Counted from the stretch's first letter, positions 45,482-55,659 are shown. The stretch: DNA of 64,000 nt from Bacteroidales bacterium (GCA_017428115.1 JAFRRK010000052.1:884-64883), one strand, 5' to 3'. Made by a program: numbers and translations. The notes: generated from the letters alone by a model not told the origin.

Positions 45482-48400
45482 ATGAGCAGATTGACAAAAG
45501 AACAACAAGAATTATTCGACAATCTTCACAAGGACAGGCTTGAAGATTATAAAGTATTTAGCAAAAAAGATTATGGTGGACTATTTAAAAGCGTAGTAGA
45601 CAAATATCCAGAATCAGCACATTTTATCTATGAATTACTGCAAAATGCGGATGACGCAAATGCAACAAAGGTTAATATCTTACTGAAGCATGATTGTTTG
45701 TTGTTCAAACACAATGGCACTAAACACTTTAATGTAACCCCCCTTAACTCAAACATCGTTGGAGATATTAATGCTATTACAGGCATAGGGAATTCAACAA
45801 AGATAGATACACAAAACAAGATAGGCAAGTTCGGCGTTGGATTTAAATCAGTGTTTCAATATACGGACACTCCCGAGATATATGACGACACATATAGTTT
45901 TAAAATAGAGAATTATATCATACCAACACTTATTGAAGAAGATCATATTGAGCGTAAAAGAGGAGAAACTCTTTTTGTCTTCCACTTTCGAAATTCAAAT
46001 AACAATTATTTCGAGATAAAGAATAGATTAGAGAAACTTCAAAATCCGATACTATTCCTGCATAATCTTAAGAAAATTGTATGGCAAATCGAGGAATCGA
46101 ATGGACTTATAAGCCAAGAATACATTATTGAAAAAACGTTACGGCAAAAGGAGGTTTTCGATGACATTCAAATGGAACTATATGACATTTTCGACCACAA
46201 AGGATTAAAAACCATCTATTTGTTTAGTCAGAATGTCATTGTTACAAATGACAACAAAAAGACAGAACACCCTATATGCGTTGGCTTCTTTTACAATGAA
46301 GAAAAAAAGAAATTAGTAACAGCAAACCAAAACAGGAAAGTTTTTTGTTTCTTTCCCACAAAGGAATCGTTCAAAACCTGCTTCATCTTACATGCTCCAT
46401 TCTTGCTTACAGACAATAGACAGAATTTAAAGCCTAAAGAAGAAATTAATAAGGACTTTGTTAACCACTTGTCTAAGCTTGCAGCTCAATCAGTTGTAAT
46501 CCTAAAGGACTACGGAATAAAACAAAACAATCTGCTTATCAATGAGAATATCACTGAAATATTGCCACAATACGATGACTCCGACAGGCTGGGCAGTGAC
46601 TATGAATACAAAAGAATGTTTGAAGAATCCTTTAAAGAAATAATGCAAAAGAAAGCCTTATTACTATCTAGAAACAAGAAATACAAATATGTAAACAATT
46701 CCTATACATCGCCAATGAGTGTATATGAATTAGTAGAACAAAAGCAACTAGAACAACTTAAGGGATACAAAGACATTGATTTCTTAGAGTGGGAATTAAT
46801 GCAAAACATTAAGAAATGCAAAGCAGGCTGTGACTATTTTGAGGAACTATCAGAATACACTATTGAGAACTTTGCAAACGACATTACCGCAGACTTCATG
46901 GAGAAACAAAACAAAGCATGGATTTTGAAATTCTACACGTTTGTCCGTGAAGAAGCACGCAAATATTGGGTAATCTCCAATCAAACAAAAGGAAGTTCAC
47001 TTGCTTTCAGGAGTGCCCCCATCATAAAAAATCAACGAGGAGAATGGGTTGCGCCATTTAAAGATATAAGAACACCTAATGTATTTCTCCCCATTGGTAA
47101 AGGGGCTAATAATGAATATAATTTTGTTCATCGCGATTATCTATCGGAAGAAATGGCGAAAAAGCTATTTGATGCATTTGAATTTAAAAAGCCTGACACA
47201 TACGACTATATAAGGAATGTAGTCTTAAACAAATATAATGAAAATGCGAATGACATTCCAGACGAAATCATTAAAGATGACTTCAATACCTTACTAAACT
47301 ATTATAGAGAAATACGAGGTACGGAAAAAGAGAAACAATACATTCAAGACTTACGGAGCCAATACTATCTTAGAAGTAAAGACGGCCTTCTTCACCATTC
47401 GAATGAAATCTTCGTTAATAACGAGGAACTTTCAAAATATTTTGAGGGTAATTATGATGCTGACTTTTTTGATTCTTCATTTTATCAAGATTCGTTTAAA
47501 GGATTTCACAATGTTGTTGTGATGGAATTTCTTGATAAAATAATCACAAGGAAAGTACCTCATATTGAAAAAATAAAAGTTAACTATTACTCAGATTATC
47601 AATTACCAAAAGCATATAAGAAGGTCCTCCCATCATATAAATATTACAATGAGTTTATCATCCAGGACTTTGAGCTATTCGGATTCGAGACAGCTTGCAA
47701 AAAAGGTAACATAACAAAAAAGGTATCTGCTTTCCTATGGAACGACGTTGTGTGGCGTTATTCGAAAGAAACAAAATGTACTATTTCTGCGAGCAACACA
47801 CGAAGAAGCACCTACGACAACTATACGACAGACACTAAATTCAGAAGGGATTTATTGGAATTCAAATGGCTGTACAACAGCAAAAATAAAATAGTAAGCT
47901 CAAGAGAAGTTTACCAAGAAGACTTGTGCGTAGAATACGATTTGACAAATGGAGTAAAGGAGTTTATAGAGATAAGAAAAAGAGTAGAAAATCTTAGAGA
48001 GAAGTATAAAGCAACTGAAGAAGAGCAAGAAAGATATGCCCTTGGAACTGAAATAGAAACAAAATATGGAGAACTTACAAAAGAAGAAATGCTTAAAGTA
48101 CTAGATAAAGCATTAGAGGACAAACGAATACAAAAATCAAAAAGTGCTAATAAAGAGCACCTCCTTGAAATGCCTAATAATGGCCAGGATACAGCATCAG
48201 CAGACCATCTAAGTAATACAGAAGAAGACATCAACGAGAAACTTGAGAGAAAATGGGAAGAGAAAAAGAACACCCATGTCAACAAACCCAATTCTTCAAC
48301 AAATCCTAATGGTTCAACCTCGCTTAACATTGAACATACCAAAATTGGTTCAGATTCCAATAACGAACCTTTTTTTGTAGATTCCATCTCACAAAAAATA

Positions 48401-50311
48401 TCTGAAAAGAACGAGCAGGAATCTACATCTCGAGCTGAAAAAGCTTTGATATCAAAAGACACATCTGCACAAGCCCAAGCTGAAGAAACAAAAGAACAAA
48501 TTGAAATATTAGAATTACTGAAACAAACACAAAAATATAGTTTCAAATGGTTCAAGCTATTGATGGAACTAATGCATGCAGGGAGACAAAAAATCACAGA
48601 GAGAAGCGTTCAAATTGATTTTTCAAAGTATGACACAATATGTTCTGACAAAATAATACATTTAAGCGAGCCCTCCATACCTGTTCCCTCGTGGTGTAGT
48701 GATGCTGAAAAGCATTCAATCATTGCTATATCCGAATGTAAATCGACCAAGATTGAAGGAATAGTAGTAATGTCAACAGATAACAGCATTGATATTTCTA
48801 TTGAGATTAATGACCAGATTCTTCAAGCTTGTCTTGATGCTAAAAAGATACGAGTTGTTGCAACTGACAATACTAATTTTATAGATTCTCTTGAGACTAG
48901 ATTCATTCAACTCGACAAAGAAGATGAATTCGATATGAACCAGAACCTTCCGAACAATATTGAATTCATATATGGTCCCCCTGGAACAGGAAAAACAACA
49001 GAACTAGTCAACCAAGTTCATAAGATACTAGAGATTGAGCCCAATGCGAAAATACTTGTATTGACACCTACCAATAAGGCAGCCGATGTTGTGGCAATCA
49101 AAATGTCGAACGATGAAGTCTGTTATAATTACTTATCACGCTATGGAGCAACAGAAAGCCTATACTTAATAGAGGAAGTGGCTTGTGTTACAAATCGTGA
49201 CACTACGGATATGAATATGTACAATATTGTAGTTGCCACCGCTTCTAGATACGCTTACGATTTCGTTCAGCCAGACGATACTGCTATATGCGACTATCCT
49301 TGGGATTACATCTTTATTGACGAAGCTTCAATGATTGATATACTCACAATTACATTTATCCTGTATAAAGGCTCTACTGCTAAGAAAATAATTGTTTCTG
49401 GCGACCCAAAACAAATACAACCTGTCACTCAGAACGACATGCCAGAATATAACATCTTTGACATGGTTTCACTTCATGGTTTCGCTAATGCTATAGACAA
49501 TTACACCCGTTTTCCTGTTATCCCACTAATGATTCAGCACCGTTCTGTGCCAACTATTGGCACATTAGTTAGCCAATTTGCCTACGACGGACTAGTCCAA
49601 TATGATTCAAATCGCTCACCACAGAAGCCACTACAACTTGACGGACTACAAATAAAGGACATCAACTTCCTTGGCTTTGAAGTAGCTGAACTTGACGAGA
49701 TAAAAGGCCTAACAGTTGTAGGACAATCGGCTTTCAACCTATACTCTGCTATTTTTACGTATAATATGGTAGAATATGTAGCTAGACAAATAGAAAAGTA
49801 TCACAATGACTTAGAATATTCAATTGGTATCGTGTGCGCATATCGGGCACAAGCAGACGCAATCAGAAGTATGCTTGAAAACAGGCCATTGAACACTCCT
49901 AATTGTGTAGTAACGTGCGGTACAGTTCATAGTTTCCAAGGCGACGAATGCGATATTATGTTTATCGTCCTCAATCCTCCAGCACAATGTACTAATGGGA
50001 CACATGTAAATAATGAAAATATTATTAATGTGGCCATGAGCAGAGCACGGGATTATCTGTTCTTTATTCTTCCCAAAGGACAACAAAAGGGTTTCTTCAT
50101 GAAAAACCAAATTGGCAATTCTCTCAAAATGGCTGATAGTTCAATAATAGATTGTAGACATGTCGAGAAGGTACTGTTCAACAATGACAATTATATTTAC
50201 GAAAACACTCATGTTTCTTGCCACATGCCCATAAATGTCTTCTGCGATGATAATGCTATTTATGAAGTAAGAATGGGCGAAGAGGCAATAGACATTAAAA
50301 TAAATAAATAA
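45482..50311 (+). CDS. 1609-aa fusion: N-terminal sacsin/MORC-type GHKL ATPase, long middle region, C-terminal Upf1/DNA2-type SF1 helicase
   Basis: The GHKL N-box is ELLQNADDA (aa 51-59, nt 45632-45658), and GKFGVGFKSVF is the G2-like box. Helicase motifs are GPPGTGKTT (aa 1165-1173), LVLTPTNKAADV, IFIDEASMI, GDPKQIQPV, QHRS, VCAYRAQ, TVHSFQGDECD and NVAMSRAR. A Lys/Glu/Ser/Asn-rich low-complexity segment spans about aa 830-1010. Confidence 0.85.
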   Translation: MSRLTKEQQELFDNLHKDRLEDYKVFSKKDYGGLFKSVVDKYPESAHFIYELLQNADDANATKVNILLKHDCLLFKHNGTKHFNVTPLNSNIVGDINAITGIGNSTKIDTQNKIGKFGVGFKSVFQYTDTPEIYDDTYSFKIENYIIPTLIEEDHIERKRGETLFVFHFRNSNNNYFEIKNRLEKLQNPILFLHNLKKIVWQIEESNGLISQEYIIEKTLRQKEVFDDIQMELYDIFDHKGLKTIYLFSQNVIVTNDNKKTEHPICVGFFYNEEKKKLVTANQNRKVFCFFPTKESFKTCFILHAPFLLTDNRQNLKPKEEINKDFVNHLSKLAAQSVVILKDYGIKQNNLLINENITEILPQYDDSDRLGSDYEYKRMFEESFKEIMQKKALLLSRNKKYKYVNNSYTSPMSVYELVEQKQLEQLKGYKDIDFLEWELMQNIKKCKAGCDYFEELSEYTIENFANDITADFMEKQNKAWILKFYTFVREEARKYWVISNQTKGSSLAFRSAPIIKNQRGEWVAPFKDIRTPNVFLPIGKGANNEYNFVHRDYLSEEMAKKLFDAFEFKKPDTYDYIRNVVLNKYNENANDIPDEIIKDDFNTLLNYYREIRGTEKEKQYIQDLRSQYYLRSKDGLLHHSNEIFVNNEELSKYFEGNYDADFFDSSFYQDSFKGFHNVVVMEFLDKIITRKVPHIEKIKVNYYSDYQLPKAYKKVLPSYKYYNEFIIQDFELFGFETACKKGNITKKVSAFLWNDVVWRYSKETKCTISASNTRRSTYDNYTTDTKFRRDLLEFKWLYNSKNKIVSSREVYQEDLCVEYDLTNGVKEFIEIRKRVENLREKYKATEEEQERYALGTEIETKYGELTKEEMLKVLDKALEDKRIQKSKSANKEHLLEMPNNGQDTASADHLSNTEEDINEKLERKWEEKKNTHVNKPNSSTNPNGSTSLNIEHTKIGSDSNNEPFFVDSISQKISEKNEQESTSRAEKALISKDTSAQAQAEETKEQIEILELLKQTQKYSFKWFKLLMELMHAGRQKITERSVQIDFSKYDTICSDKIIHLSEPSIPVPSWCSDAEKHSIIAISECKSTKIEGIVVMSTDNSIDISIEINDQILQACLDAKKIRVVATDNTNFIDSLETRFIQLDKEDEFDMNQNLPNNIEFIYGPPGTGKTTELVNQVHKILEIEPNAKILVLTPTNKAADVVAIKMSNDEVCYNYLSRYGATESLYLIEEVACVTNRDTTDMNMYNIVVATASRYAYDFVQPDDTAICDYPWDYIFIDEASMIDILTITFILYKGSTAKKIIVSGDPKQIQPVTQNDMPEYNIFDMVSLHGFANAIDNYTRFPVIPLMIQHRSVPTIGTLVSQFAYDGLVQYDSNRSPQKPLQLDGLQIKDINFLGFEVAELDEIKGLTVVGQSAFNLYSAIFTYNMVEYVARQIEKYHNDLEYSIGIVCAYRAQADAIRSMLENRPLNTPNCVVTCGTVHSFQGDECDIMFIVLNPPAQCTNGTHVNNENIINVAMSRARDYLFFILPKGQQKGFFMKNQIGNSLKMADSSIIDCRHVEKVLFNNDNYIYENTHVSCHMPINVFCDDNAIYEVRMGEEAIDIKINK

Positions 50312-50388
50312 ATAGTTCTTCAACGTAGGAGAAAGCGGCCTAATATTCATGTACCATGCGCAAAAGGTTGGAATCAGGGGGCTGATAG

Positions 50389-50556
50389 GCGGAGGGGGGA
50401 TACAGGATAAGCAATCTGACACTTGACGAGGGGCGCCTGTGCTTGAAATTGGATGGATATCATCGGCTGGACGACCACTGCGCGGCCATTTACGACAGGA
50501 TGCGCCACGGCGAGCTGATTACGGTGAGCAAGGTGTATCGGCTGTATCATGTTTAA
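50389..50556 (+). pseudogene. possible 3' remnant of a host gene truncated by the insertion
   Basis: A host-like GC-rich open frame with no start codon (AEGGYRISNLTLDEGRLCLKLDGYHRLDDHCAAIYDRMRHGELITVSKVYRLYHV*), from my own translation. The only ATG is 19 codons before the stop. Confidence 0.3.
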
Positions 50557-50644
50557 GAGGTTCGCGCACAACCTAGTCTAACCACCGAATGGGGCAACAG
50601 CCCTTGGGAAATAATCTTTTTACAGATAATTGAAAAAAAAATAG

Positions 50645-50652
50645 TACATTTG
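50645..50652 (+). promoter_or_regulatory. -7 box (TACATTTG) upstream of the Na/Pi cotransporter gene
   Basis: TAnnTTTG match about 28 nt upstream of ATG 50680. Confidence 0.45.
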
Positions 50653-50679
50653 CAGACCGTTTGACAGGTGTGCGTTTGC

Positions 50680-52437
50680 ATGAATATTTGGGACATAATA
50701 CTGATAATTATTAAATTTGCGGGTGCCGTGGTGGTGTTTATCTACGGCATGAAACTGATGAGCGAGGGGCTACAGAGGGTGGCGGGAGGCAAGATGCGCA
50801 GGGTACTGGGGAGGAGGACCAGCAACTCGCTTCGCGGCATAGCCACCGGCACGGCAGTGACAGCCGCCATCCAGTCGTCGACGGCCACCACGGTGATGGT
50901 GGTGAGTTTTGTGAACTCGGGCATACTGACATTGTCTGGTGCCATTGCCGTGATAATGGGTGCGAACATAGGCACCACCATTACTTCATGGATTATCCTG
51001 CTGGGCATGAGCAGCAGTGCCGAGAAGTTTGTGATACCGCTTATTGTCTTTGCCATAGCAGCCCCCTTTGTGTTGATGAAGGGCGACAAGGTGAAGTCGA
51101 TTAGCGAGTTCATCATTGGCTTCGGCACTATGCTGGTGGGTCTGCAGTTTCTGCAGGATGTTATGCCCAATCTGATTCAGCACGACGCCCTGCTGGAGGC
51201 GTTGCATAGCTGTTCGGATTGGGGATTGTGGACGATATTGTTGTTTATTCTTATCGGCGCCCTGCTGACGGTGCTTATCCAGGCCTCGTCGGCGGTGATG
51301 GCCATCACCCTGATTTTGACAGCAAACGGATGGATAGGGCTTGATATAGCGGCGGCTATCATCATGGGGCAGAATATAGGCACTACCCTCACCGCCAACA
51401 TTGCCGCCAGGGTGGCAAACTCGTCGGGCAAGAAGGCGGCCAGGGCTCACTTTGTGTTTAATATGGTGGGCTCGGCACTCACCTTGTTGGTATTTTACCC
51501 CGAGATGAACCTGATAGCCTATCTTGCAGAGCTGGCCACGGGCAGTAATGCCAGGTTAGACTATAGGATGCTACCCGTGGCCTTGGTGCCGCTGGCCATT
51601 ACCATCTTCCACACCTTTTTCAACGTCGTCAACACCATCATCCTCTCGTGCTTTATACCTCAGTTTATCAAGGTTGTCGACTGGATGGTGCCTACTTCGA
51701 AGGAGGAGAACGAGGACGAGTTTCGTCTGCGGTTTATCAGCGGCGGTTTTACCAACACGGCCGAGCTGAACATACAGGCGGCGCAGAAGGAGATAGAGGG
51801 TTTTTCGAGGCGTATACTGCGGATGTTCACCTTTCTGCCCCCACTGCGCACCGCCAAGGATGACGAGGAGTTTGACAAGACCATGGCCCAGATAGAGAAA
51901 TATGAGGGTATATCCGACCGTATGGAGATGGAGATAGCCCAATTCCTCACCAAGACTGCCGCGGCCGACTTGTCGGAAGAGGGGTCGCAAAGGGTTTCGT
52001 CGATGCTGCGCATCGTGGACAACCTTGAAAGCATAGGCGACACGATATTCCAGATAGCCATGACGCGCAAGAACAAGCGCGAAACGGCAGTACACTTCGA
52101 CCAAGGGCTGAACGCCAACCTAAGCCACATGACCGAGCTGGTGCAGCAGGCACTTGACGTGATGGACCAGAACGTGAATGGGGAATTTAAGACGATAGAC
52201 CTCGATGCCGCCTATGAGGCGGAGCAGGCCATCAACAGCTATCGCGACGTGCTACGCAAGCGTCATCTTGACGCGCTTAAGCTGGGCGTGTATGATTTTG
52301 CCGTAGGCAATGCCTACAGCAGCTTGTACGCCCTATATGAAAAGATGGGCGACTATATAATCAACGTATCAGAAGCCATAGACAACAGTGTGAAGTTGGC
52401 CGAGACAATAGGCGAAAGCCCCAATAGCAAAGAATAA
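50680..52437 (+). CDS. Na/Pi cotransporter family protein with a PhoU-like C-terminal domain
   Basis: Start trimmed to MNIWDIILIIIKFAG. Duplicated NptA motifs are present (QSSTATTVMVVSF, QASSAVMAITL), followed by a helical PhoU-like tail. Confidence 0.85.
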   Translation: MNIWDIILIIIKFAGAVVVFIYGMKLMSEGLQRVAGGKMRRVLGRRTSNSLRGIATGTAVTAAIQSSTATTVMVVSFVNSGILTLSGAIAVIMGANIGTTITSWIILLGMSSSAEKFVIPLIVFAIAAPFVLMKGDKVKSISEFIIGFGTMLVGLQFLQDVMPNLIQHDALLEALHSCSDWGLWTILLFILIGALLTVLIQASSAVMAITLILTANGWIGLDIAAAIIMGQNIGTTLTANIAARVANSSGKKAARAHFVFNMVGSALTLLVFYPEMNLIAYLAELATGSNARLDYRMLPVALVPLAITIFHTFFNVVNTIILSCFIPQFIKVVDWMVPTSKEENEDEFRLRFISGGFTNTAELNIQAAQKEIEGFSRRILRMFTFLPPLRTAKDDEEFDKTMAQIEKYEGISDRMEMEIAQFLTKTAAADLSEEGSQRVSSMLRIVDNLESIGDTIFQIAMTRKNKRETAVHFDQGLNANLSHMTELVQQALDVMDQNVNGEFKTIDLDAAYEAEQAINSYRDVLRKRHLDALKLGVYDFAVGNAYSSLYALYEKMGDYIINVSEAIDNSVKLAETIGESPNSKE

Positions 52438-52453
52438 AAAAAAACATCACCTC

Positions 52454-53626
52454 ATGGACACATTGAAATATAATCTACGCGGAGTATCCGCCTCAAAGGA
52501 AGACGTTCACAACGCCATCAAAAACATTGACAAGGGACTTTACCCAAAAGCCTTCTGCAAGATAATACCCGACATACTGGGAGGGGACCCAGATTATTGC
52601 AATATTATGCATGCCGACGGTGCCGGCACTAAATCGTCGCTGGCATACCTCTATTGGAAGGAGACAGGCGACCTGAGTGTGTGGAAGGGAATAGCCATTG
52701 ACGCGGTGGTGATGAATCTCGACGACCTGCTGTGCGTGGGCGCAGTGGACAACATACTGCTCTCGTCAACCATAGGGCGCAACAAACAGTTGGTCCCCGG
52801 CGAGGTGATTAGCGCGGTAATAAACGGCACCGAGGAGTTTCTGCAACAGATGCGCGACCTAGGGATAGGCATACACCTAACGGGCGGCGAGACAGCCGAT
52901 GTGGGCGACCTGGTGCGCACTATTATCGTTGACTCGACCGTGACGGCACGCATGCGCCGCGCAGATGTAATAGACAATGCCCACATACATGCGGGCAATG
53001 TGATTGTGGGTCTGGCATCATACGGCCAGGCAACCTACGAAACCGCATACAACGGAGGCATGGGTAGCAACGGCCTGACCTCGGCTCGTCACGATGTATT
53101 CGCTAAATATTATGCCGAGCATTACCCAATGAGCTATGACTACAACCTGCCACCAGAGGTGGTGTACTGCGGCAGCCGACGCCTTACAGACGCCACGGAG
53201 GTGCCTGGGGTGGATGCCGGCAAGATGGTCCTCTCCCCCACCCGCACTTACGCACCCATCATACGCCGCATACTGGATCAATACCACCCTAAAATCAGCG
53301 GCATGATACATTGCAGTGGCGGCGCACAGACCAAGGTGCTCCACTTTATCGACAAACTGCATGTGGTGAAGGACAACCTATTCCCCATACCGCCCCTGTT
53401 CAAGATGATACAACAAGAGAGCAACACAGATTGGAAAGAGTTGTACAAAGTCTTTAACATGGGTCACCGCATGGAGATATACACCGACGCCTCAACGGCA
53501 CAGGGCATAATAGATATAGCCCACAGCTTTAATGTGGATGCACAGATAATAGGCCACGTAGAGGAATACCCAACCGCTCAGGTGACGGTGGCGACCACTA
53601 ACGGGACATTCGTATATAACTCGTAA
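52454..53626 (+). CDS. purM: phosphoribosylformylglycinamidine cyclo-ligase (AIR synthase), Bacteroidetes type
   Basis: RGVSASKEDVHNAIKNIDKGL...MHADGAGTKSSLAYLYWKETGD matches the Bacteroidetes PurM family as I remember it. Confidence 0.8.
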   Translation: MDTLKYNLRGVSASKEDVHNAIKNIDKGLYPKAFCKIIPDILGGDPDYCNIMHADGAGTKSSLAYLYWKETGDLSVWKGIAIDAVVMNLDDLLCVGAVDNILLSSTIGRNKQLVPGEVISAVINGTEEFLQQMRDLGIGIHLTGGETADVGDLVRTIIVDSTVTARMRRADVIDNAHIHAGNVIVGLASYGQATYETAYNGGMGSNGLTSARHDVFAKYYAEHYPMSYDYNLPPEVVYCGSRRLTDATEVPGVDAGKMVLSPTRTYAPIIRRILDQYHPKISGMIHCSGGAQTKVLHFIDKLHVVKDNLFPIPPLFKMIQQESNTDWKELYKVFNMGHRMEIYTDASTAQGIIDIAHSFNVDAQIIGHVEEYPTAQVTVATTNGTFVYNS

Positions 53627-53654
53627 TTATCAACCCATAATAATCATTTAGACC

Positions 53655-54047
53655 ATGTCCTCAATATTTTCCAAAATCGTAGCTGGTGAGATACCGTGCT
53701 ACAAAGTGGCAGAAACGGAGAACTGTTTCGCCTTTCTAGACATCAACCCTGTGGTACGCGGTCATGTTCTCTGCATTCCAAAGAAGGAAGTGGACTACAT
53801 CTTCGACCTAGATGATGCACTGTATAACGAGCTGTTTGACTTTGCCCACCGTGTGGCACGCAGTGTAAAGCAGGTATGCCCTTGCAAAAAAGTGGGAGTG
53901 GCAGTGCTAGGGCTGGAGGTGCCTCACGCACACGTACATCTCATCCCGATGCAAAGCGAGGGAGACATGAATTTCCACCACCATGTGCAACTCACCGACG
54001 ACGAGTTCCGCACCCTAGCTGACCAATTGGCCAAAGCATTCCAATAA
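53655..54047 (+). CDS. HIT family protein
   Basis: Histidine triad HAHVHLIP. 130 aa. Confidence 0.88.
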   Translation: MSSIFSKIVAGEIPCYKVAETENCFAFLDINPVVRGHVLCIPKKEVDYIFDLDDALYNELFDFAHRVARSVKQVCPCKKVGVAVLGLEVPHAHVHLIPMQSEGDMNFHHHVQLTDDEFRTLADQLAKAFQ

Positions 54048-54133
54048 GTCACACCCACACACAGCAATCCCGCCAAGGACCTGCACCGTCAGACTCCATG
54101 GCGGGATTCTTCATCTCAATATAGTAGGTTATA

Positions 54134-54436
54134 TAAACCCAAATGGGTCATTAGTAAAGGGAAATATAGTACACATGCTGTAAATATCAGATAATCGACA
54201 AAACAAAAGGGGACATCTATAAATCACCTAGAAGAGGTGTGACCATTAATAACACCGTATAAGCCGTAAGGCGCAGTGCGGTGATTGTCAAAACGCAGCG
54301 AGAATGCGTCCCGAAGATGAAGCAAGTCCGGTGGACTTGCGATAGTGGAGAAAAAGCGAAACAAAGAACACAACAACACGAATAAGCAATTTTTTAAAAC
54401 ACACCATAATGTATCATTTCTAATGACGGTCATTAG
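54134..54436. repeat. second element of the GGTCATTAG-ended family (~0.3 kb)
   Basis: The left end TAAACCCAAATGGGTCATTAG nearly matches the left end of 2278-2615. The right end is the palindrome CTAATGACGGTCATTAG. The interior is unrelated to the first element. It lies between convergent genes. Confidence 0.5.
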
Positions 54437-54571
54437 AGAAATGAAAACGTGAAGCATTATAGTTATGTTTAATATCGTATTTACATCATATCCAACCACC
54501 GATATGGGGTAGGTATCTCTGGCGACTAGCTGTACATTATTATAAAGGGGCGACCAAGAACGGGGTATGCA

Positions 54572-55003
54572 TCAGATAATAAAAGTCCAACAGAGGAAAC
54601 GAAGAAACTTACCTAATAGCATGAAAAGAGCACATTTAATGGGAGAAACACGATAGAAACCTAAAGCAATGGCAAACACATCACCTATAAAAGGAAGCCA
54701 GGTAAGCAGAGCGAGCCAAGCACCCCAATTGCTTATACGATTATGTTGGGCTTCCAACTTCTTACGAGAGACATGGAACCATTTCTCAATCCATTCCCAT
54801 TTACCAATCCACCCAATGGCAAAAGAAGTTAAACCTCCAAGCCAATTGCCAAGTGTGGCAAGGAGGAGGCAATAAACAGGTGGACAACCAGCAAGAAGCA
54901 CACCAGCATATAAGGCATCTGATGAGAATGGCACAACAGTGGCTGCAAGAAAAGAGCCGAGGAACAGTCCTAGAAGGCCATAGGATTGAAAAAAGTCGGA
55001 CAT
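54572..55003 (-). CDS. YqaA/DedA-related small membrane protein
   Basis: LGLFLGSFLAATVVPFSSDALYAGVL is the YqaA-family N-terminal pattern. It has four TM helices. Confidence 0.7.
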   Translation of the reverse strand: MSDFFQSYGLLGLFLGSFLAATVVPFSSDALYAGVLLAGCPPVYCLLLATLGNWLGGLTSFAIGWIGKWEWIEKWFHVSRKKLEAQHNRISNWGAWLALLTWLPFIGDVFAIALGFYRVSPIKCALFMLLGKFLRFLCWTFII

Positions 55004-55098
55004 AACCAGGGGGATAGTCGAAAGGTATAAAAAAGCGGCGGAGATGGGCTAAAAACATCATCCGCCGCAGTAAAGGGTTGGTGGTAAAAAAGAAATAG

Positions 55099-55572
55099 TT
55101 ATCGCTCGACAGTTAGAATCTCGAACTGCATGGTACCAGCAGGGACAACAACATTAACCACGTCGCCAGCGCGTTTGCCAAGGAAAGCCTGCGCAAAAGG
55201 CGAAGTTACAGAAATCTTAGCCTGTTTTAGGTTGGCTTCACTTTCAGGGACAATGGTATAGACCTGCTGAGCATTGGTTTTGATATTGCGTATAGTAATT
55301 TTAGAAAGTAACAGGACTTTAGAGATGTCTATTTTCGTCTCATCAAGCAGACGGGCATTTGCAACTAGGTCTTGCAGCTTAGAAATGCGTGCTTCGAGGT
55401 GTCCTTGAGCCTCCTTGGCAGCATCATACTCTGCATTTTCAGAAAGGTCGCCTTTGTCACGTGCTTCAGCAATGGCAGCTGCAGCCGCTGGACGCTCGAT
55501 AGCAATGAGATGGTGCAACTCGTCTTTAAGTTTCTGAAGTCCTTCTTCGCTGTAATAATTTATTTCTGACAT
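55099..55572 (-). CDS. greA: transcription elongation factor GreA
   Basis: AEARDKGDLSENAEYDAAKEAQ signature. 157 aa. Confidence 0.92.
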   Translation of the reverse strand: MSEINYYSEEGLQKLKDELHHLIAIERPAAAAAIAEARDKGDLSENAEYDAAKEAQGHLEARISKLQDLVANARLLDETKIDISKVLLLSKITIRNIKTNAQQVYTIVPESEANLKQAKISVTSPFAQAFLGKRAGDVVNVVVPAGTMQFEILTVER

Positions 55573-55659
55573 GATAGTTGATAATAATGATGGTGTTTAA
55601 AAATTAGGAAAGGCTTTGAAGAGCCTTTCCTAATTTTAGATTATGTAAAAATGGGTCTA

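Noticed and set aside
50374-50571. 65-aa minus-strand ORF downstream of the 1609-aa gene
   Set aside because: The plus-strand frame over the same DNA looks more protein-like (reported as a possible gene remnant). The minus-strand product has no features and no promoter.
54224-54499. 91-aa minus-strand ORF inside the second inverted-repeat element (and 2338-2649 inside the first)
   Set aside because: Both span repeat or palindrome sequence, have odd composition and lack a plausible promoter. They are most likely non-coding.
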